This document shows, in pieces, positions 58,059 to 64,000 of a DNA stretch of 64,000 nucleotides. The DNA is from Propionibacteriaceae bacterium. GTDB lineage: Bacteria > Actinomycetota > Actinomycetes > Propionibacteriales > Propionibacteriaceae. The stretch covers positions 681 to 64,680 of the forward strand of contig DATLPF010000053.1 of assembly GCA_035535875.1 (NCBI GenBank). Reading direction: 5' to 3'. The number at the start of each line of letters is the position of its first letter. Position 1 is the first letter of the stretch. Under the pieces are notes generated by a model. The model saw only the letters and a list, made by a program, of their open reading frames with translations, had not been told where the DNA came from and made no database searches. The translations under genes were made by a program, and so were the position numbers.

Positions 58059-59441
58059 TCAGCCGGCACGAACCTCGGCGAGCACCCGGCGTACGGCGGC
58101 AAGGGTCCGGTCCACGTCTTCCTCTGTGGTTCGCCAGTTCGAAACCGAGATCCGGAGTACAGCTTGTCCATGCCAGGTCGACGGGGTCATCCACCCGGTG
58201 CCGTCCTTCAGCAGTCGCGCGGCCACCTCACGCGTCACCTCGTCCGAACCGAATGACACGCAGACCTGGGTGTACACCACATCGTTCACGACGCGTACGC
58301 CATCCATCTCGGATAATCCCGCCGCGAAGCGACGAGCATGCGCGCAGAACCGCTCAACCATCTCGGCCACGCCGCGGCGACCCAGCGCCCGCAGCGCGGC
58401 CCAGACGGTGAAGCCGCGGGCGCGTCGAGAGAACTCGGGGACCGTCGAAAATGGGTCCGGTCGCTCGTCTTGGATCATGTACGCGGCGTGGGCACCCATT
58501 GCGGCGTACATCGCCTCGGCGTTGGCTACGATCGCGATCCCGTTGTCATAAGGCACATTAAGGGTCTTGTGGGCATCGGTAGCCCAGGAATCGGCCCGTT
58601 CTGCGCCAGTGACCAGCGTGCGGTACTGGCGCGACGCGGCCGCCCATAGGCCGAACGCGCCATCAATGTGGACCCAGGCCCCGTTCCGATGGGCAAGATC
58701 AACAGCATCGCCGATCGGATCGAACGCTCCACTGTGAACGTTGCCTGCCTGCAGGCACACGATCAACGGGTTGCCGTTGGCCGGCGCGAGCGCGTCTGCC
58801 AGCGCGTCGAGCCGGATCCGACCTTGATCATCAGCCGGAACGGCGATGCTGCGAGCCTCGCCGAGGCCAAGGAACCGCAAGGCCACGTCGACGGTTTCGT
58901 GGCGCTCCTCGCCAACGACGACCGTCACCTCCGGCGCGCCGTGCAAACCGTCCCGCTCGACATTCCAGCCGACCCGGCGTAACACCTCGTGGCGAGCCGC
59001 CGCGAGACACGTGAAGTTGGCGACCATCGCGCCGGTGACGAAGCCGACCGCGGAGTTGCTGGGCAGGCCCAACAGGTCGAGCAGCCACTCACTGGCCACC
59101 CGTTCCGCGCCCGCGGCGGCCGGCGACATCACGATCAGGCCCGCATTCTGGTCCCACGCCGAGGTCAGCCAGTCGGCGGCCAGTGCGGCAGGGAGTGTGC
59201 CGCCGATCACCCAGCCGAAGAACCGGCCGGACGGCATCGCCACGAGCCCCGGCCCAGCGCCGGCGATCAGCTCCTCGATGACCTCCAGCGGCTCCGCACC
59301 CTCCTCGGCTAAGGGGCGCCGCAAGGCGGCCGCCACGCCGTCAACGTCGGTACGCGCCGCGACCTGCCGCTCAGGCAGGCCGTCGAGAAACCCCGTGGCC
59401 TCCTCGAGCACACGCTGCAAGATCTTTCGATCCTCCGTCAT
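58059..59441 (-). CDS. Group II PLP-dependent decarboxylase
   Basis: FFGWVIGG, AWDQN, HIDGAFG, DSWATDAHK.LN.PYD.G, SRRARG. Confidence 0.92.
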   Translation of the reverse strand: MTEDRKILQRVLEEATGFLDGLPERQVAARTDVDGVAAALRRPLAEEGAEPLEVIEELIAGAGPGLVAMPSGRFFGWVIGGTLPAALAADWLTSAWDQNAGLIVMSPAAAGAERVASEWLLDLLGLPSNSAVGFVTGAMVANFTCLAAARHEVLRRVGWNVERDGLHGAPEVTVVVGEERHETVDVALRFLGLGEARSIAVPADDQGRIRLDALADALAPANGNPLIVCLQAGNVHSGAFDPIGDAVDLAHRNGAWVHIDGAFGLWAAASRQYRTLVTGAERADSWATDAHKTLNVPYDNGIAIVANAEAMYAAMGAHAAYMIQDERPDPFSTVPEFSRRARGFTVWAALRALGRRGVAEMVERFCAHARRFAAGLSEMDGVRVVNDVVYTQVCVSFGSDEVTREVAARLLKDGTGWMTPSTWHGQAVLRISVSNWRTTEEDVDRTLAAVRRVLAEVRAG

Positions 59442-59482
59442 CGCTCACTCCCTCTTCGCAGCCGACTCCGGCCCACCTGTTG

Positions 59483-59530
59483 GAAACTGGGTTAACCCAC
59501 GTTCCACTTGCCTCACACATGTTGCAACCT
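59483..59530. repeat. Partial family D repeat
   Basis: GAAACTGGGTTAACCCACGTT...CACATGTTGCAACCT matches the reverse complement of 25481..25528. Confidence 0.75.
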
Positions 59531-59600
59531 ATGCAGTGCGCAAGGAAGCTGTGCAGAGCTCGAGTCTCAGAGCGGCGCTGCGGTGATTGGGAGGAGAGTC

Positions 59601-60422
59601 ATGGACCACTTCGTACGCCCCGGGCTGCGATTCGACGTTGTCGACTCGGGACCTGCGAACGCACCGGTTGTCGTGCTGCTGCACGGATTCCCACAGCAGC
59701 CGTCCAGCTTCGAGGCGGTCGCGAGTCGGCTGAACGCGGCAGGGCTCCGAGCGCTCACTCCGAGTCAGCGCGGTTACACCCGAGCCGCGCGACCCACGCG
59801 GCGCCGGGATTATCGAACCGCCGCGACTGCCTCCGACGTCGTGGCGCTGCTGGACACCGCGGGCGTTGCCCAAGCCCATCTTGTTGGTCATGACTGGGGC
59901 GGCAACCAAGCCTGGGGAGCGGCCGGCTGGTACCCAGACCGCGTCGCCTCGCTGACGGTGCTGTCGACGCCGCACCCTGTCGCGTTCGCCAAGTCGCTGT
60001 GGACCAGCAAGCAGGGATTGCTCTCGTGGTACATGGCGCTCTTCCAGTTGCCGGCGCTTCCGGAGGCGGTCGCTCGGCGTACGCTCGCGAAGTCACTGCA
60101 GGACAATGGTCTTCCGGCCAACTTTGCCGATCGCTACGCCGACGCAATGGCCGAGCCTGGGGCCCTCACCGGCGCCCTCAACTGGTACCGCGGCCTTCCC
60201 TTCTCCATGCGGCCGCCGCTCGGGTCGATCAAGGTGCCTACCAGCTACATCTGGGGGCGGGATGACTTTGCTCTCGCCCGAGCTGCCGTCGAGCTGACCG
60301 CCGACTATGTCGTGGGCCCGTACGAGGTTGTCGAGCTGGACGCTGGCCATTGGCTGCCCGAGACTCAGCCTGAAGCGGTGGCCGACGCCATCCTGTCTCG
60401 AGTGCGGTCTATCGGAAGTTAG
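59601..60422 (+). CDS. Alpha/beta hydrolase (epoxide hydrolase-like)
   Basis: LLHGFP, QRGY, GHDWG, NWYR, GHWLPE; GGAGG RBS. Confidence 0.92.
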   Translation: MDHFVRPGLRFDVVDSGPANAPVVVLLHGFPQQPSSFEAVASRLNAAGLRALTPSQRGYTRAARPTRRRDYRTAATASDVVALLDTAGVAQAHLVGHDWGGNQAWGAAGWYPDRVASLTVLSTPHPVAFAKSLWTSKQGLLSWYMALFQLPALPEAVARRTLAKSLQDNGLPANFADRYADAMAEPGALTGALNWYRGLPFSMRPPLGSIKVPTSYIWGRDDFALARAAVELTADYVVGPYEVVELDAGHWLPETQPEAVADAILSRVRSIGS

Positions 60423-63400
60423 TTCACGACATCCTCGAGATCGCCCTCGACATCGAGGTAGACCTGCTGAAGCTGAGTGATCAACTCCGGATCCGGCTCT
60501 TGCCACAGCCCGCGATCAACAGCCTCACTGAGCTTCTCGATGATGCCGCGCAGCGCCCAGGGGTTGGCGTGCTTCATGAAGTCTTGGTTGTCCTTGTCCA
60601 GCACGTAACTCTCAGCCAGCTGCGCATACATCCAGTCCGTCACCACACCGGCGGTCGCGTCAAAGCCGAAGAGATAGTCAACTGTCGCTGCCAGCTCGAA
60701 CGCGCCCTTGTAGCCGTGCCGCTGCATCGCCGCAATCCAGCGTGGGTTGATCACCCGGGCCCGGAACACCCGGGCCGTCTCTTCGGTCAGCGAACGGGTC
60801 CGGACACTGTCTGGAGTCGTCGAGTCGCCGACGTACGCCTTCGGTTCGGCGCCGGTCAGCGCGCGAACGGTCGCCACCATGCCGCCGTGATATTGGAAAT
60901 AGTCATCTGAATCGGCGATGTCATGCTCTCGGGTGTCCACATTCTTGGCAGCCACCGCGATCCGCCGATAGTTGGCTTCCATATCCTGGCGAGCCGGGAT
61001 CCCGTCAAGATCACGACCGTACGCGAAACCACCCCAGGCGGAATAGACCTCGGCAAGATCATGATCATTACGCCAGTTGCCTGCCTCGATCAGCGGCAGT
61101 ATCCCTGCTCCGTACGAACCAGGCTTGGAGCCGAAGATCCGGGTAGTGGCCCGCCGCTGGTCACCGTGCGCTGCCAGATCATCTTGCGTATGGCGTCTGA
61201 CGAAGTTGAGATGGCTCGGCTCGTCGCAAGTGGCTACCAGGCGTACCGCATCATCCAGCATCGCCACTACGTGCGGGAACGCGTCGCGGAAGAAGCCAGA
61301 AATCCGGACTGTTACGTCGATCCGCGGACGGCCCAGCTCACTGAGATCGATCGCCTCGAGTCCTACTACGCGGCGAGACGCGTCGTCCCAGACAGGCATC
61401 ACCCCGAGCAGGGCCAATACTTCGGCAATGTCATCTCCGCTGGTCCGCATCGCCGACGTGCCCCAGACAGACAGCCCCACCGACTGCGGATACTCTCCCG
61501 CCTCGTCAAGATGCCGTTGCAGCAAGGATTCGGCCATTGCCTGGCCGGTCTGGTACGCCAGGCGGGAAGGGATCGCCTTGGGATCGACGGAGTAGAAGTT
61601 GCGGCCAGTCGGCAGCACGTTGATCAACCCGCGCAGCGGCGACCCGGACGGCCCCGCCGGCACGTAACCTCCGTCGAGGGCGTGCAAGATCGCGCTGATC
61701 TCCTCGCTGGTGCGTGAGAGCCGCGGTACCACTTCCTGGCATGCGAAACGCAGTGCCGTAGAGACCGCCTCGTTCGGCGCTCCCACGATGCGTTCCACGA
61801 TCTCGGGGACAGCGTCGGCGGACCACCTCGCTGCGGCGAGCGCAGCAACTAGCTCACGCGCCTGCGCCTCAACGGCGTCCACCTCGGAAAGTGATGCCTC
61901 TTCTTCGAGCCCGAGCGCCGTCCGCAACCCCGACACTCCGTTGACCTGGCCGCCGAAGATCTGAGATGACCGCAGCACCGCCAGCACCAGGTTGATCAAC
62001 CCATCGCCCTCAGGCACCTGCCCGAGGACGTGCAACCCGTCGCGAATCTGCGCATCCTTGATCTCGCACAGCCAGCCGTCGACATGGAGGACGAACTCGT
62101 CGAAAACCTCCTCGTCGGGAGCTGCATCTAGGCCGAGATCGTGATCCAGTTGGGCGGCCTGGATCAGTGTCCAGATCTCTCCACGTAACGCGGGCGCCTT
62201 GGCCGGGTCCATCGCATTGACCTGTGCGTACTCGTCCAGCAGTTGCTCCAGCCGCGCGATGTCGCCGTAGGTCTCGGCGCGCGCCATCGGTGGCACAAGA
62301 TGATCAACGATCGTGGCATGCGCGCGTCGCTTGGCCTGGGCCCCCTCACCCGGATCGTTGACCAGGAAGGGATAGATCAGTGGCAGCGAGCCGATCGCCG
62401 CATCCGTGCCGCAGGAGGCGGACATGCCCAGATTCTTGCCAGGCAGCCATTCCAGGTTCCCGTGCTTGCCGACGTGAATCACGGCGTGCGCGCCGAACTC
62501 CCGCTCCAGCCAGTGATACACCGCCAAGTAGTGGTGCGACGGAGCAAGATCAGGATCGTGATAGATCGCAATCGGATTCTCCCCGAAACCCCGCGGTGGC
62601 TGCACCAAGATCACCACGTTGCCTGCCTGGAGAGTCGCGGCGACGATCTCACCTTCTGGATCCCTGCTGCTGTCCACGAACAGTTCGCCCGGTGCCTCGC
62701 CCCACGCATCGGTGACCGCCCCCACCAGATCGGCAGGGAGCTCGGCCAGCCAGCGGCGGTAGGTCCGCGCCGGAATGCGGACCGGCTGGCCAGACAGCTG
62801 CTCGGCCGTGAGCCACTCGGGATCCTGCCCACCGGCCGCGATCAGCGCGTGGATCAGCGCATTGCCCGCGGTGGTGTCCGGATGCTCTCCCTCGACCGGA
62901 TCGAGTGGACCGGTTCCCGGAATCTCACCCGGCGCACCCAGGTCGTACCCGACCGCCCGCATCGCTCGCAGTAGCTTGATCACGGATACGGGTGTGTCCA
63001 GCCCGACGGCGTTGCCGATCCGCGCATGCTTCGTCGGATACGCCGACAGCGCGATTGCGATGCGCCGCTGCTCGGCCGGAATGTGCCGTAAGCGGGCGTG
63101 GTTGACGGCGATCTCGGCGACCCGCCGACAGCGCTCATGATCAGCAACGTAGACCGGCAGGCCATCGGCATCGGTTTCCTTGAAGGAGAAGGGCACCGTG
63201 ATGATGCGGCCGTCGAACTCCGGGATCGCTACCTGAGTGGCCACGTCGAGCGGAGTCATGCCTTCGTCGGAGGCAGCCCATGACGCCCGGTCCCAGGTCA
63301 GACATAGGCCTTGCAGCATGGGGATGTCGAGGGCCGCCAAGGCGCGTACGTCCCACGCCTCGTCGTCCCCGCCGGCGGACGCGGCCGCCGGTTTGGTGCC

Positions 63401-64000
63401 ACCCGCCGCAAGCACCGTGGTGATCAACGCGTCGCAGCTGCCCAGATACTCGAGCAGGTCCGAAGGAGCATCGCGCAATGAGGTGGCGAAGATCGGTACG
63501 CCGATGCCGCCGGCAGCGTCGACGGCGTCGGCGAGCGCCTCCACGTACGCGCTGTTCCCGGCGGCGTACTGGGCGCGATAGAACAGGATGCCGATGCGTG
63601 GGCGGGACTCTCCGTCAGGCAGTGGGCGCGGCAGCACGCCCCAGGCCGGCTGCTCGAGGGGCGCCTCGAAGCCGAGACCGGTCAGCAGCACGGTGTCGCA
63701 GAGAAAGGCGTGCAGCTGGCGCAGATTGCCCGGCCCACCATGGGCGAGGTAGAGGTGGGCATCCGCAGCGAGCCTGATCGGAACAGTTGACAGCTCCATC
63801 AGCGCGGCGTCCGGCGCCTGCTCGCCGCCGAGCACAACCATCGGTTTGCCGGTCCCACGGAACCGCTCGAAGCCGCTGCACAGCAACTGCGGTGAGCCGA
63901 GGATCCGCGCCACGATCAGATCACAGGCCTCGAGCACCTCGCCAAGCTCCGCATGCGTCGATCTCGCCGGGTTGGCCACGACATAGTCGGCGCCGCTCCC
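60419..64000 (-). CDS. cobN: Cobaltochelatase subunit CobN (5' end beyond the window)
   Basis: PEFDG, QPPRG, HVGKHGNLEWLPGK, LPTGRNFY, SGFFRD; frame is open to the window edge. Confidence 0.96.
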   Translation of the reverse strand, partial: GSGADYVVANPARSTHAELGEVLEACDLIVARILGSPQLLCSGFERFRGTGKPMVVLGGEQAPDAALMELSTVPIRLAADAHLYLAHGGPGNLRQLHAFLCDTVLLTGLGFEAPLEQPAWGVLPRPLPDGESRPRIGILFYRAQYAAGNSAYVEALADAVDAAGGIGVPIFATSLRDAPSDLLEYLGSCDALITTVLAAGGTKPAAASAGGDDEAWDVRALAALDIPMLQGLCLTWDRASWAASDEGMTPLDVATQVAIPEFDGRIITVPFSFKETDADGLPVYVADHERCRRVAEIAVNHARLRHIPAEQRRIAIALSAYPTKHARIGNAVGLDTPVSVIKLLRAMRAVGYDLGAPGEIPGTGPLDPVEGEHPDTTAGNALIHALIAAGGQDPEWLTAEQLSGQPVRIPARTYRRWLAELPADLVGAVTDAWGEAPGELFVDSSRDPEGEIVAATLQAGNVVILVQPPRGFGENPIAIYHDPDLAPSHHYLAVYHWLEREFGAHAVIHVGKHGNLEWLPGKNLGMSASCGTDAAIGSLPLIYPFLVNDPGEGAQAKRRAHATIVDHLVPPMARAETYGDIARLEQLLDEYAQVNAMDPAKAPALRGEIWTLIQAAQLDHDLGLDAAPDEEVFDEFVLHVDGWLCEIKDAQIRDGLHVLGQVPEGDGLINLVLAVLRSSQIFGGQVNGVSGLRTALGLEEEASLSEVDAVEAQARELVAALAAARWSADAVPEIVERIVGAPNEAVSTALRFACQEVVPRLSRTSEEISAILHALDGGYVPAGPSGSPLRGLINVLPTGRNFYSVDPKAIPSRLAYQTGQAMAESLLQRHLDEAGEYPQSVGLSVWGTSAMRTSGDDIAEVLALLGVMPVWDDASRRVVGLEAIDLSELGRPRIDVTVRISGFFRDAFPHVVAMLDDAVRLVATCDEPSHLNFVRRHTQDDLAAHGDQRRATTRIFGSKPGSYGAGILPLIEAGNWRNDHDLAEVYSAWGGFAYGRDLDGIPARQDMEANYRRIAVAAKNVDTREHDIADSDDYFQYHGGMVATVRALTGAEPKAYVGDSTTPDSVRTRSLTEETARVFRARVINPRWIAAMQRHGYKGAFELAATVDYLFGFDATAGVVTDWMYAQLAESYVLDKDNQDFMKHANPWALRGIIEKLSEAVDRGLWQEPDPELITQLQQVYLDVEGDLEDVVN

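Overview
High-GC actinobacterial chromosomal DNA (gene content resembles Propionibacteriales/Microlunatus-like soil bacteria; this is an inference). It carries about 50 mostly metabolic genes: ddaH-rocD-Lrp, panBC, Ku-ligD NHEJ plus an AlkZ-like gene, a GH36/AGE/GH3 sugar cluster, ECF sigma/anti-sigma, treS, aroQ, FdhF/YdeP, a 2-oxoacid dehydrogenase E1a/E1b/E2 operon, cobQ-cobF and cobN, a FitAB/VapBC toxin-antitoxin pair, and GntR-TetR and LuxR-STAND regulators with FAD monooxygenases. No rRNA, tRNA, CRISPR array or transposase was recognised. Best candidate for an undescribed system: an AbiEi-like/DUF559 (Vsr-type) nuclease gene bracketed by two 92-bp elements with 21-bp imperfect inverted arms (REPIN/RAYT-like layout), in a window holding several dispersed palindromic repeat families. 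One repeat copy has become the C-terminal tail of DdaH. Also notable: a full-length GH36 paralog lacking the catalytic nucleophile, a VOC-MazG-like fusion, and a uORF with alternative hairpins ahead of the E1-alpha gene. All calls come from motif recognition by eye, without database searches.
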